From the NCBI GenBank assembly GCA_044868695.1, contig JBIOWP010000107.1, positions 9,348 through 73,347 on the forward strand: a DNA stretch of 64,000 nucleotides. The letters are read 5' to 3'. The stretch comes from a bacterium (GTDB lineage: Bacteria > Sysuimicrobiota > Sysuimicrobiia > Sysuimicrobiales > Kaftiobacteriaceae). The translations under genes were made by a program, and so were the position numbers. A model generated the notes under the pieces. The model saw only the letters and a list, made by a program, of their open reading frames with translations, was not told the DNA's origin and did no database searches. This document shows, piece by piece, positions 39,078 through 48,331 of this stretch (the first letter of the stretch is position 1; every line of letters begins with the position of its first letter).

Positions 39078-39904
39078 GTGACGACTGAAGAGATCATGTC
39101 GCTCGCGCTGGAGATGTCCGGGTTTCTCCGGATTCCGGAGGATTCCGCCATTTTCGTCCCAGGCAAGGGCATCCAGAAGGTGCTCTTCGGTGTGGACGTC
39201 GGGGCGGCGGAGCTGCAGATGGCGAAAGCGCTGGGTGTCGACCTGGTGATCGCCCACCACCCGCCCGCCACGGGCACCGACACCTGGAAGATCTTCCTGC
39301 GGCACGTCGAGTTTATGACCGCTGCCGGGGTGCCCGAGGACGCGGCGCTGGCGGCCGTGGCGGAGAAAATCGAAGGGCTGAAGCTTCGCGGGCAGGTCGC
39401 CAACTACGACCACGTGCCCTCGGCCGCGAAATTGATTGGCATCCCGTTCATGAACATCCACGCGCCGCTCGATGAACTGGGCCGGCGGCGCCTGCGCGAG
39501 CAGGTGGACGGCGTGCTGGCCCGGGGCCGGGCCACGGCCGGAGATCTGGTGGACGCGCTCGCCGCGCTTCCCGAGATGCGCGCCGCGCCGACCACCGTCC
39601 AGGCGGTCCTCGGCGACGCGGCCGACCCCGTGCGCCGCGTCGTCGTGGGCCACGGCGCCTATACGAACGGCGGCTATCCGGTCGCCCGGGCGTGCTTCGC
39701 GCACGGGGTAGACGCCGTCGTGTACATACACATCGACTTCGCGGAACTCCAGCACCTCCGGGCCGAGCGCCGCGGTAACCTCATCGTTGCGGCCATCTGG
39801 CCGGCGATTCGCTGGGTTTTACCCCCTTTCTTCGCGAGCTCCGGAAGCGCGGACTGGACGTGATGACCTTCAGCGGCGTGATTGAACCAGTCCCCAGTCC
39901 CTAG
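39078..39904 (+). pseudogene. NIF3-like metal-binding protein with apparent 1-nt frameshift near 39790 (pseudogene or sequence error)
   Basis: GVDVG, IAHHP, NIHAPLDE; conserved-looking GHLAGDSLG tail continues only in the shifted frame from 39791 to TAG 39902-39904. Confidence 0.7.
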
Positions 39905-39971
39905 TCCCAAGTCCCTGCCTGATGGTCCCGTCACTAGGCACTAGTTGCCCGTCACTGCTAGAATCGTTGTA

Positions 39972-40682
39972 ATGCCTCCCACAGGCTGGCTTCTCGACCT
40001 CCGCGACGGCCCCACGCCGTATCCGGACGCCTGGGCGCTGCAGAAGGCGCTGGTGACCGCGCGCCAGCTCGGACAAATCACCGACGGCCTTGTGCTCCTG
40101 GAGCACGAACCCGTGTTTACCGCTGGCCGCTCCGCGCGGGCCGAACACCTCCTGTTCCCCAGGGAGGCGCTGGCCGCGCGGGGTTTCGGGGTGTACGACA
40201 TCGAACGCGGCGGCAGCGTCACCTACCACGGGCCGGGCCAGCTGGTCGGGTATCCCATCCTCGATCTGCGCGCCTACAGCGATGACGTCGTACAGTACGT
40301 GCGGTCATTGGAAGACACGGTCATCCGGACCCTCGCGGGCTTCGGCATTGCCGCGCAGCGTGTCCGAGGGTACCCGGGAGTCTGGGTGGGCGATGAGAAG
40401 ATCGGCGCGGTGGGCGTGGCCGTCAAGCGCAAGGTGACGATGCACGGGTTTGCGCTGAATGTAGATCCGGACCTGCAGCACTTTGCCTACATCAATCCCT
40501 GCGGCCTCGGGCGGCCGGTGACGTCGCTGGCGCGTGTCCTCGGGCGCCCGGTCACGGTGGACGAGGTGCGGGAGGTCTACACGTGCCGGTTCACCGACGT
40601 CTTCGGTCTGTCCCTCGCCCCCATTTCCCGCGGCGAGCTCGAGCGGTCCCTGGCAATCTCCGCTGTTCCCGTGCGCGCGTGA
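39972..40682 (+). CDS. lipB: Octanoyltransferase
   Basis: LEHEPVFTAG, ERGGSVTYHGPGQLVGYPI, KIGAVG, HGFALNV, INPCG. Confidence 0.96.
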   Translation: MPPTGWLLDLRDGPTPYPDAWALQKALVTARQLGQITDGLVLLEHEPVFTAGRSARAEHLLFPREALAARGFGVYDIERGGSVTYHGPGQLVGYPILDLRAYSDDVVQYVRSLEDTVIRTLAGFGIAAQRVRGYPGVWVGDEKIGAVGVAVKRKVTMHGFALNVDPDLQHFAYINPCGLGRPVTSLARVLGRPVTVDEVREVYTCRFTDVFGLSLAPISRGELERSLAISAVPVRA

Positions 40683-40684
40683 CC

Positions 40685-41830
40685 ATGAGCCGCCGGCGGT
40701 TCGAGACCCGCGCGATCCATGAGGGGCAGCCGCCGGATCCCGCGACCGGCGCGGTCATGACGCCGATCTATCAGACCGCGACATACGCGCAGTCCGAGCC
40801 CGCGGTCCACAAGGGATACGACTACAGCCGCACCGCGAATCCGACCCGCACCGCGCTGGAAACATGCCTGGCGTCGCTGGAAGAGGGGGCGCACGGGCTC
40901 GCGTTTGCCTCGGGGATGGCGGCGATCACCACAGCGTCATATCTGCTCAACCCCGGCGACCGGGTGCTGGCCCCGGACGACGTGTACGGCGGAACCTACC
41001 GGTTGTTCGTCCGCGTCCTCCAGCGCTACGGCATCGCGCCGTCGTTCGTGGACATGACCGACCTGACGCGGGTCGAGGCGGCGCTGGGCACCCACCCGCG
41101 CCTGGTGCTGGTCGAGACGCCGACCAACCCGTACCTCAAGATCCTCGACATTGCGCGCATCGCCGAGCTCGCGCATACCCACGACGCGCTCGTGCTCGTG
41201 GACAATACGTTTGCGTCTCCCTATTTCCAGCGGCCGCTGACCCTGAGTGCGGATATCGTCGTCCACTCGACAACCAAGTACCTGGGCGGGCACAGCGACG
41301 TGATCGGCGGCGCCGCGGTGACCAACAGCAGGGAGATCGCTGAAACGCTGCGGTTCCACCAGAATGCCGCCGGCGCGGTGCCGGGACCGTTCGACTCCTG
41401 GCTCGTCCTGCGCGGGATCAAGACGCTGGCGGTGCGGATGGAACGCCACGCCGCCAACGCGATGCAGGTGGCGCAGTTCCTAAACGGCCATCCCGCCGTG
41501 GCCCGGACGTTCTACCCCGGTCTCCCCGGCCACCCCGGCTACGACCTCGCCCGGCGGCAGATGACGGGATTCGGCGGGATGGTGTCGTTCGTTCTGAAGG
41601 GGGGAGGCCGCGCGGCCAGGGCCGTGGCTTCCTCGACGCGGGTCTTCCTCCTGGCGGAGAGCCTGGGCGGCGTGGAATCGCTTCTCGACCATCCGGCCAG
41701 CATGACGCACGCCTCGCTCGCCGGCTCCCCGATGCAGGTTGACGAAGGGCTGATCCGCCTCTCGGTGGGGATTGAGCACATCGACGACCTCATTGACGAT
41801 TTGAAGCAGGCGCTCGACAACGCGAGATGA
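40685..41830 (+). CDS. Cystathionine gamma-lyase/synthase family PLP enzyme
   Basis: YSRTANPTR, ETPTNP, VDNTF, HSTTKYLGGHSD, AESLGGVESL. Confidence 0.94.
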   Translation: MSRRRFETRAIHEGQPPDPATGAVMTPIYQTATYAQSEPAVHKGYDYSRTANPTRTALETCLASLEEGAHGLAFASGMAAITTASYLLNPGDRVLAPDDVYGGTYRLFVRVLQRYGIAPSFVDMTDLTRVEAALGTHPRLVLVETPTNPYLKILDIARIAELAHTHDALVLVDNTFASPYFQRPLTLSADIVVHSTTKYLGGHSDVIGGAAVTNSREIAETLRFHQNAAGAVPGPFDSWLVLRGIKTLAVRMERHAANAMQVAQFLNGHPAVARTFYPGLPGHPGYDLARRQMTGFGGMVSFVLKGGGRAARAVASSTRVFLLAESLGGVESLLDHPASMTHASLAGSPMQVDEGLIRLSVGIEHIDDLIDDLKQALDNAR

Positions 41831-42102
41831 CGACCGTCTACGTCCCAACTCCGCTCCGCCGCACGACGGGCGGCCAGGGCAAGGTCCAGCTTGCCGGCCG
41901 CACCGTGCGGGAGTTGCTTGACGCGCTGGAGCGCCGCCATCCCGGCATCCGGCAGCAGGTGTTCGATGAGCGCGGCGAGGTACGCAGCTTCATCAATGTC
42001 TTCGTCAACGGCACCGAGATCCGGCAACTGCAGGGGCTGGCGACGCCCGTGAAAGAGACGGACGAGGTGTCGATCATCCCCGCGATGGCGGGCGGGTTGT
42101 GA
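41827..42102 (+). CDS. cysO: Ubiquitin-like sulfur carrier (CysO/MoaD family) ending GG-L
   Basis: VPTPLRR, FINVFVNG, SIIPAMAGGL; context with cysM and mec. Confidence 0.85.
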   Translation: MTTVYVPTPLRRTTGGQGKVQLAGRTVRELLDALERRHPGIRQQVFDERGEVRSFINVFVNGTEIRQLQGLATPVKETDEVSIIPAMAGGL

Positions 42103-43535
42103 AGCGCACGGCGGGCAAGGTCAGGCCACGGCCCCGCCGCGCGGCGCCAACCGCCGCCAGGGACGAAATCTTCGACAGTGTCCTCGATGTGGTCGGCAAG
42201 ACCTCGCTCGTGCGCCTGCACAAGGTCACCCGCGGCCTGCGCGCCGATGTCGTGGCGAAGCTCGAGTACCTCAATCCCGGCGGTTCGGTCAAAGACCGGA
42301 TCGGCCCGACGATCCTCGATGATGCGGAGCAGCGCGGGCTACTGCGGCCCGGCGGAACGATCGTGGAAGCCACCTCCGGGAATACCGGCGTCGGCCTGGC
42401 CATCGCCGCGGCGGTCCGCGGGTACCGGACCATCTTCGTCATGCCGGACAAGATGTCGGAGGAGAAGATCCGGCTGCTGCGCGCGTTCGGCGCCCGCGTC
42501 GTCATTACGCCGACCGCGGTGGCGCCCGACGATCCACGAAGCTACTACAGCGTGAGCCGGCGCATCGCCGAGGAGACCCCGAACAGCTTCTACGCCAACC
42601 AGTACGCCAATCCGGCGAACCCGCAGGCGCACTATCGCACGACCGGTCCGGAGATCTGGCGCCAGACCGGCGGCCGGCTCGACCTCTTCATTGCCACGAT
42701 GGGGACCGGCGGGACAATTTCCGGCGCCGGCAAGTTTCTCAAGGAGCGGCGCTCGGCGCTGCGCGTCATCGGGGTCGATCCGCTGGGGTCGGTCTTTTAC
42801 GAATACTTCAAGACCGGAAAGCTCCCCGAGCCGCGGACATATAAGGTGGAGGGGATCGGTGAAGACTTTCTCCCCGAGACGATGGATTTCTCCGTCGTGG
42901 ACGAGGTCGTGCAGATCTCCGACCGCGAGGCGTTCATGATGACGCGGCGGCTGGTGCGCGAAGAAGGACTGTTCTGCGGCGGCAGCAGCGGCGCGGCGGT
43001 GGCGGGCGCGATCAAGTATCTGCGCACTCTGCCCGACGGCGGCGCGGGCCTGCGGGCGGTCGTGGTGCTCCCCGATTCCGGATCGCGCTACCTCTCCAAG
43101 ATCTTCTCCGACGACTGGATGCGGGAGCATGGATTCTTGGAGATCGAACTAGGCACCGTCGGGGAGCTGGTGCAGACCAAGTCCATCCCGCTGGTGTCGG
43201 CCAGCCGCACCGATGCGGTCAGCGACGTCGTCGCCAAGATGAAGCAGTACGACGTGTCGCAGCTGCCGGTGCTGGAAGACGAGCGCCTGGTCGGTATGAT
43301 CAGCGAAGTGGACCTGCTCACGCACCTGCTGGATGGCTCTCACCGCCCCTCGGATCCAATCCAGCCCATCATTGATCCCGCGCCCCCGGTGGTGGCCCCC
43401 GACAGCCCGATCGACGTCCTGGCCGACGTCTTCCTCTCCGCCAACGCGGCGGTCGTTGTGGATCACGGCGCGGTGGTGGGGATCGTCACCAAGATCGACG
43501 TCATCGACCACCTGGCCAAACGCCTGGGCCGCTGA
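42099..43535 (+). CDS. cbs: Cystathionine beta-synthase with C-terminal CBS pair
   Basis: NPGGSVKDR, TSGNTG, GTGGTISG, YKVEGIGEDF, RYLSKIFSDDWM, two CBS domains. Confidence 0.93.
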   Translation: MKRTAGKVRPRPRRAAPTAARDEIFDSVLDVVGKTSLVRLHKVTRGLRADVVAKLEYLNPGGSVKDRIGPTILDDAEQRGLLRPGGTIVEATSGNTGVGLAIAAAVRGYRTIFVMPDKMSEEKIRLLRAFGARVVITPTAVAPDDPRSYYSVSRRIAEETPNSFYANQYANPANPQAHYRTTGPEIWRQTGGRLDLFIATMGTGGTISGAGKFLKERRSALRVIGVDPLGSVFYEYFKTGKLPEPRTYKVEGIGEDFLPETMDFSVVDEVVQISDREAFMMTRRLVREEGLFCGGSSGAAVAGAIKYLRTLPDGGAGLRAVVVLPDSGSRYLSKIFSDDWMREHGFLEIELGTVGELVQTKSIPLVSASRTDAVSDVVAKMKQYDVSQLPVLEDERLVGMISEVDLLTHLLDGSHRPSDPIQPIIDPAPPVVAPDSPIDVLADVFLSANAAVVVDHGAVVGIVTKIDVIDHLAKRLGR

Positions 43536-43540
43536 CCGGG

Positions 43541-44395
43541 ATGAGAGACAACACGCGCGCCGGCGGGGCGCTGCGGCTTTCAACCGGGCAGTCGTTGCCC
43601 GATTTGCGGATCGTCCCCCGCGCCGAGGTCCATTTGCACGAGGAGACCGATCCGGCCCGCGTGCAGCGGCTGGTCGCGCGCATGCGAGCGGACGGCATCC
43701 TGCGCAATCCGCCGATTGCCGCGCCGCTGCCGGAAGGCGGGTACGTCGTTCTCGACGGAGCCAACCGCAGCACTGCCCTGATGGCGTTTGAGGCGCCGCT
43801 GCTGCTCGTCCAGGTTGTCGACTATCATGATCCCGCGGTCAGGCTCGATGTCTGGCATCACCTGCTGACCGAGCCGGTGGACCTCGGGGCCCTGCTGCGG
43901 TCCAAGGGACTGATCTTGAAGGACATGAGTGTGTCTGAAGCGGCGCAGGCACTGGCCCAGCGCGCGATCGCATGCTACCTGCTGGGTCCTGCCGGAGCCC
44001 GGTCAGTGGCCGCCGCACCGGCCCAGCCGTCCGCGGCGGTTCTCTCGGCGGTTGTGGACGCCTACAAGGCGACAACCCGCATTTACCGCGTGATGGACAC
44101 AGACTTGGATACGCTCGCCCGCGCGTATGGGTCCGTCTCGGCGGTGGTGGTCTTCCCGACCTTCACCAAACGCGACATTCTTGAGATTGCGCGGTCGCCA
44201 GTCAAGCTGCCCGCCGGCATTACGCGGCATCTCATCCCCGGGCGCGCGCTGCGCGTGAATCTGCCGCTCGAGGTCCTGACCTCGCCGGGCGACGCCGAGC
44301 AAAAGAACCGCTGGCTGGTCGAGGAGATTCACCAGCGGCTGCTCGAGAACCGCGTCCGGTACTACCCGGAAGACTCCTTCCTGTTTGATGAGTGA
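43541..44395 (+). CDS. SbnI/SerK-like free L-serine kinase (ParB/Srx fold)
   Basis: LHEETDPAR, LRNP, VLDGANR, VQ...WHH, LPAGITRH..PGRALRVNLPL, VRYYPE, matching motifs I recall from S. aureus SbnI over the full length. Confidence 0.8.
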   Translation: MRDNTRAGGALRLSTGQSLPDLRIVPRAEVHLHEETDPARVQRLVARMRADGILRNPPIAAPLPEGGYVVLDGANRSTALMAFEAPLLLVQVVDYHDPAVRLDVWHHLLTEPVDLGALLRSKGLILKDMSVSEAAQALAQRAIACYLLGPAGARSVAAAPAQPSAAVLSAVVDAYKATTRIYRVMDTDLDTLARAYGSVSAVVVFPTFTKRDILEIARSPVKLPAGITRHLIPGRALRVNLPLEVLTSPGDAEQKNRWLVEEIHQRLLENRVRYYPEDSFLFDE

Positions 44396-45284
44396 GCTGC
44401 TCAACGCCATCGGCAATACGCCGCTGCTGCGCCTAACCCGCGTCACGCGGGATCTGCCGCTGGCGGTTGAAGTGCACGTCAAAGCCGAGTGGTTCAACCC
44501 CGGGGGATCGGTGAAGGACCGTCCGGTGCGCCGGATCATCCTCGACGCGGAGCGCGACGGCCGCCTGTCGCGCGACCGGACCATCCTCGATTCGTCATCC
44601 GGAAACGCCGGCATCGCCTACGCCATGATCGGAGCGGCCCGGGGCTATCGCGTGCGTCTGGTCGTGCCAGGCAACGTCAGCGAGGAACGCAAGCACATCC
44701 TGCGCGCGTACGGCGCGGAGGTGGAATACTCCGATCCGCTAGAAGGGTCGGACGGCGCGATCGTCGTCGCCCGCCGCCTGCACGAGGAGGGCCGCGGCCA
44801 GTTCTTCTACGGCGACCAGTACAGCAATCCCAGCAATCCCCGCGCGCACTACGAGACGACCGGTCCTGAGGTGTTCGCGCAAACCGAGTCGCGCATCACC
44901 CATTTTGTGGCCGCGCTGGGCACCAGCGGGACGATCGTCGGGGCCGGGCGCCGGCTGCGGGAACTGCAGCCGGGCGTGCAGATTGTGGCGGTCGAGCCGG
45001 ACACGGCCCTGCACGGCATCGAGGGATTGAAGCACATGGCCAGCGCGATCGTTCCGGGAATCTATGACCGCTCCGTCCACCACCGCACGATTCCGATGAG
45101 CACGGAGGCCGCCTACGAGATGGCCAGGCGCCTGGCGCGCGAGGAGGGGCTCCTGGTCGGCCAGTCATCCGGCGCCGCGGTGGCGGGCGCTCTGCAGGTG
45201 GCCCGTGAGCTTGAGGAGGGTGTAATCGTCGCGGTCTGCCCTGACGGCGGCGACCGCTACTTGTCGACCGCCCTCTGGAGATAA
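44388..45284 (+). CDS. cysM: Cysteine synthase, CysM type (probably CysO-thiocarboxylate/O-phosphoserine dependent)
   Basis: IGNTPL, NPGGSVKDR, SSGNAG, LGTSGT, IEGLKHM, DGGDRYLST. Confidence 0.9.
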   Translation: MSELLNAIGNTPLLRLTRVTRDLPLAVEVHVKAEWFNPGGSVKDRPVRRIILDAERDGRLSRDRTILDSSSGNAGIAYAMIGAARGYRVRLVVPGNVSEERKHILRAYGAEVEYSDPLEGSDGAIVVARRLHEEGRGQFFYGDQYSNPSNPRAHYETTGPEVFAQTESRITHFVAALGTSGTIVGAGRRLRELQPGVQIVAVEPDTALHGIEGLKHMASAIVPGIYDRSVHHRTIPMSTEAAYEMARRLAREEGLLVGQSSGAAVAGALQVARELEEGVIVAVCPDGGDRYLSTALWR

Positions 45285-45320
45285 AATCGAGCGTTTTCTG
45301 TCGTATAATGGGGGACAACG

Positions 45321-45719
45321 GTGCTGGAACTGAGTCGGGACCAGGCTGCGGCGCTTGTTGCGCACGCCAACGAGGAGTTTCCCAACGAGTGCTGCGGTCT
45401 GCTGGCCGGGCGCAACGGCCGGGTGGAGCGGGTCTACCGGGGCACTAACGTCGATTACAGCCCCTATACGTACCTGATGGATCCCAAAGAGCAACTGGCC
45501 GCGTTCAAGGACATGGAAGCGGCCGGGCTGGACCTGGTAGGGATCTATCACTCGCACACCCACACGGCTGCGTACCCGTCCAAGACCGACGTGGCGAAGG
45601 CGTTCTACCCAGATGTACTCTACATGATCGTATCGCTGGCGAGGCGGGAGACTCCAGAGATCCGGGCATTCCGGTTCTTGGACGCAGAGATCGTCGAAGA
45701 GGACGTGATCATTCGATGA
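45321..45719 (+). CDS. mec: JAB/M67 metallopeptidase (CysO-Cys peptidase Mec-like)
   Basis: PNECCGLL, YHSHTHTAAYPSKTD JAMM motif. Confidence 0.9.
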   Translation: MLELSRDQAAALVAHANEEFPNECCGLLAGRNGRVERVYRGTNVDYSPYTYLMDPKEQLAAFKDMEAAGLDLVGIYHSHTHTAAYPSKTDVAKAFYPDVLYMIVSLARRETPEIRAFRFLDAEIVEEDVIIR

Positions 45720-46141
45720 AAGTGTCCACCCGCGCGGAGTACGGACTGCGGGCGTTGATCGACCTCGCCAGCCACTACGGCGAAGGTCCGGTGCAGACGC
45801 ATCAGATTGCGGCCCGCCAGGGGCTGCCGGAACCCTACCTCAATCAGCTGATGAGTTCCCTCCGGCGCGCAGGCCTGGTGGCCAGCAAGCGCGGACCCGC
45901 GGGCGGGCACGTGCTGGCGCGCGCCCCCGAGGCCATCACCCTCCGCGAGGCCTTCGACGTCCTGGAGGGGTCGACGGCGCCGTGGTGGTGCGTCGAGTCC
46001 GATGATCCCGACTGCGTGTATGCCCACGGCTGCGGGCTGCGGCCGGTGTGGCAGGCGATCAACCAGGCGGTGGAGCGCGTCCTGGGCGAGATGTCGCTCG
46101 CGGATATCTCACGCGTGAGGCAGCCTGCCGGACGCACCTGA
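45716..46141 (+). CDS. Rrf2-family regulator (IscR/CymR-like) with three Cys
   Basis: MKVSTRAEYGLRAL, SKRGPAGG, CVESDDPDCVYAHGC. Confidence 0.93.
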   Translation: MKVSTRAEYGLRALIDLASHYGEGPVQTHQIAARQGLPEPYLNQLMSSLRRAGLVASKRGPAGGHVLARAPEAITLREAFDVLEGSTAPWWCVESDDPDCVYAHGCGLRPVWQAINQAVERVLGEMSLADISRVRQPAGRT

Positions 46142-46162
46142 CCTCGGCAGGCTGCACAGGGG

Positions 46163-46197
46163 CAGGCCAGGGGGCGCCCCTGGCCTGTGTTGTTTTT
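46163..46197 (+). terminator. Rho-independent terminator after Rrf2 gene
   Basis: CAGGCCAGGGG-GCG-CCCCTGGCCTG followed by TGTTGTTTTT. Confidence 0.75.
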
Positions 46198-46213
46198 GGG
46201 CGGGTGGTTCAGG

Positions 46214-46240
46214 GGAATGCGGGCACGGCCCGGGAGCGTT
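46214..46240 (+). promoter_or_regulatory. Autoregulatory SigH/SigR-type promoter GGAAT-N19-GTT
   Basis: GGAAT 46214-46218, GTT 46238-46240, 8 nt before the sigma GTG. Confidence 0.65.
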
Positions 46241-46248
46241 AAGTCGGG

Positions 46249-46896
46249 GTGTCCGCGATGGGAGCAACGACCGTGGTGCCTCTTGAGGCCTCTGTGGCCG
46301 CCGACGACCGGGAACGGTTCCAGGCGCTGGCCGAACAGCACCTCGATGGGCTGTTCAGGGCCGCCCTGCGCCTGACCCGCAACCGCACGAAGGCGGAAGA
46401 TCTCCTGCAGGAAACCTTCCTCCGCGCGTGGCGCTCGTTCCACACCTTCAAACCCGGCACCAACGCGCGCGCCTGGCTCTACAGAATTCTGATGAACGCG
46501 TACATCGATGGGTACCGGAAGACGACTCGCGAGCCGGAAGTCGTCGACCAGGAAGGCGTCGACGAGTTTTACCTGTACACGAAAGTGCAGGAGAGCGATG
46601 ACTTCCGGCGCGCCGGGAATCCCGAGGAAGTGCTCTTGTCCCGGCTCATGGACGCGGACGTCAAGGGTGCGCTCGACAACCTCCCCGACGCCTTCCGCGA
46701 GGTCGTCATCCTGGCCGACATCGAAGGCTTCTCCTACAAGGAAATCGCCGAGATGCTCGCGATTCCCATCGGCACCGTGATGTCGAGGCTGCATCGTGGC
46801 CGGCGGCAGCTGCAGGTCAAACTCTGGGACTACGCCAAGCGGGCGCACTATGTCGGTGCCGACCAGGCGCCTCCGGCGGGGGGTGCCGGCCGATGA
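46249..46896 (+). CDS. ECF sigma factor, SigH/SigR-like
   Basis: AEDLLQETFLRAW, GTNARAWLYRILMN, EGFSYKEIAEML..PIGTVMSRLHRGR. Confidence 0.92.
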   Translation: MSAMGATTVVPLEASVAADDRERFQALAEQHLDGLFRAALRLTRNRTKAEDLLQETFLRAWRSFHTFKPGTNARAWLYRILMNAYIDGYRKTTREPEVVDQEGVDEFYLYTKVQESDDFRRAGNPEEVLLSRLMDADVKGALDNLPDAFREVVILADIEGFSYKEIAEMLAIPIGTVMSRLHRGRRQLQVKLWDYAKRAHYVGADQAPPAGGAGR

Positions 46897-47123
46897 CGGA
46901 CATCGATTGCGAGCAGGTCCTCCAGATGGTCTGGCAGTTCCTCGACGGAGAGATCGACGAGGCCCACTATGTGGAAATCGAAGCCCACATCGCGGGCTGC
47001 TCGCAGTGCGGGCCGCGCTATGAGTTCCAGCGCCGGCTGATGGTGCTGATCGAGCGCAAGTGCAGCGAGGGCCCGGTGCCTGTGGAGCTCAAACGCCGGC
47101 TGTTTCGGCTGCTCGAGGAATAG
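46893..47123 (+). CDS. Zinc-binding anti-sigma factor (RshA/RsrA-like)
   Basis: DCEQV...FLDGE...HIAGCSQC (HxxxCxxC). Confidence 0.92.
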   Translation: MTDIDCEQVLQMVWQFLDGEIDEAHYVEIEAHIAGCSQCGPRYEFQRRLMVLIERKCSEGPVPVELKRRLFRLLEE

Positions 47124-47161
47124 ATCAGCATCGCTAGGGTTGCGGAGGGCAGGAGGTCTCA

Positions 47162-47806
47162 ATGTCTGCCCTCCGCATCTTGCTCGTTGACGACCACCGC
47201 GTCGTGGCCGCCGCGCTGGTCCGCCTTCTGCACGACATCCCTGATGTCGAGGTCGTCGGCGTCGCCGCCACCGGTCCCGACGCGATCGCCCTCACCCGCA
47301 CCCTCCACCCCTCCCTCGTGCTGATGGACATCGGGCTGCCCGGTATGGACGGGGTCGAAGCGACGTGGACCATCCGTCGCCAGTTCCCGGACGTGCAGGT
47401 CCTGATCCTCACAATGTTCGACCAGGACGCCTTCGCCATCGAGGCGCTGCGCGCCGGCGCCGCGGGCTACCTGCTGAAGACTGTGGCGCCGGAAGACCTG
47501 GCCCGCGCGATCCACACGGTCTGCAGCGGCGAGGGGCTGATCTACTCCGGCGGGCCCGCCGCCGGGCTGGGCCGGGCCGTTTCCGCCCGAGGCCGGCTGG
47601 GCGACCCCTACGCGCTGTCCCGCCGAGAACTGCAGATCCTGCAGCTCGTGGCGGCAGGATTTGATGCCGCGGATATTGCCCGCCAGCTGCTCCTCAGCCC
47701 CCACACCGTCCGGAACCACCTGAAATCCACCTATCGGAAGCTGGGCGTCCGCGGCCGCGTCGAGGCGGCCGCCTATGCCGTCAGGCGGGGCCTCATTAAG
47801 ACGTAA
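47162..47806 (+). CDS. NarL/LuxR-family response regulator
   Basis: VDDH, LMDIGLP, GYLLK, LSRRELQIL...HTVRNH. Confidence 0.94.
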   Translation: MSALRILLVDDHRVVAAALVRLLHDIPDVEVVGVAATGPDAIALTRTLHPSLVLMDIGLPGMDGVEATWTIRRQFPDVQVLILTMFDQDAFAIEALRAGAAGYLLKTVAPEDLARAIHTVCSGEGLIYSGGPAAGLGRAVSARGRLGDPYALSRRELQILQLVAAGFDAADIARQLLLSPHTVRNHLKSTYRKLGVRGRVEAAAYAVRRGLIKT

Positions 47807-47906
47807 CTGCGGAACGTAGGATTGACTCGACTGAGTCATCCATGGCTAGCCCATTCGGGTCTGGGCGAGTTTCCGGTGGATGGTCCATTCTCTAAAACGA
47901 GGCATC

Positions 47907-48296
47907 ATGCCTGAGGACCTGACGTTGATCACCGGAGTGGCCGAGCCGATCGCGGGTTCAGAGCCCGCCCTGGACCGCCTGCCGGTCCGCCTGGACGGGG
48001 AAATCCGCCTGCTGCCGGTAGGGAACGTCCTCTACTGCTACGCCGACGGCGACCGGACGATGCTGGTCACCCGGGCCGGGGAACTGCGCAGCCACCTCTG
48101 CCTGACCCGGCTGGCGGAGCGGCTGGAGCCCTTTCGCTTCTTCCGCTGCCACCGGGCGTACCTTGTAAACCTCGACCACGTCTGCAGCGTCATCCCCTGG
48201 ACCCGCAACGCCTTCAGCCTAACCCTGGAAGGTGGGAAGGAGATTCCGCTCAGCAAACACCGCCTTCCGGCTCTGAAAGAACTTCTTGGCTGGTAG
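47907..48296 (+). CDS. Stand-alone LytTR DNA-binding domain protein
   Basis: FFRCHRAYLVNL, EIPLSKHR. Confidence 0.88.
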   Translation: MPEDLTLITGVAEPIAGSEPALDRLPVRLDGEIRLLPVGNVLYCYADGDRTMLVTRAGELRSHLCLTRLAERLEPFRFFRCHRAYLVNLDHVCSVIPWTRNAFSLTLEGGKEIPLSKHRLPALKELLGW

Positions 48297-48331
48297 ACTC
48301 GACAGACTCGACAGATCCGATAGACAGTCAG

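Noticed and set aside
43541..44395. ParB partition protein
   Set aside because: No HTH or parA; similarity to SbnI extends over the whole length
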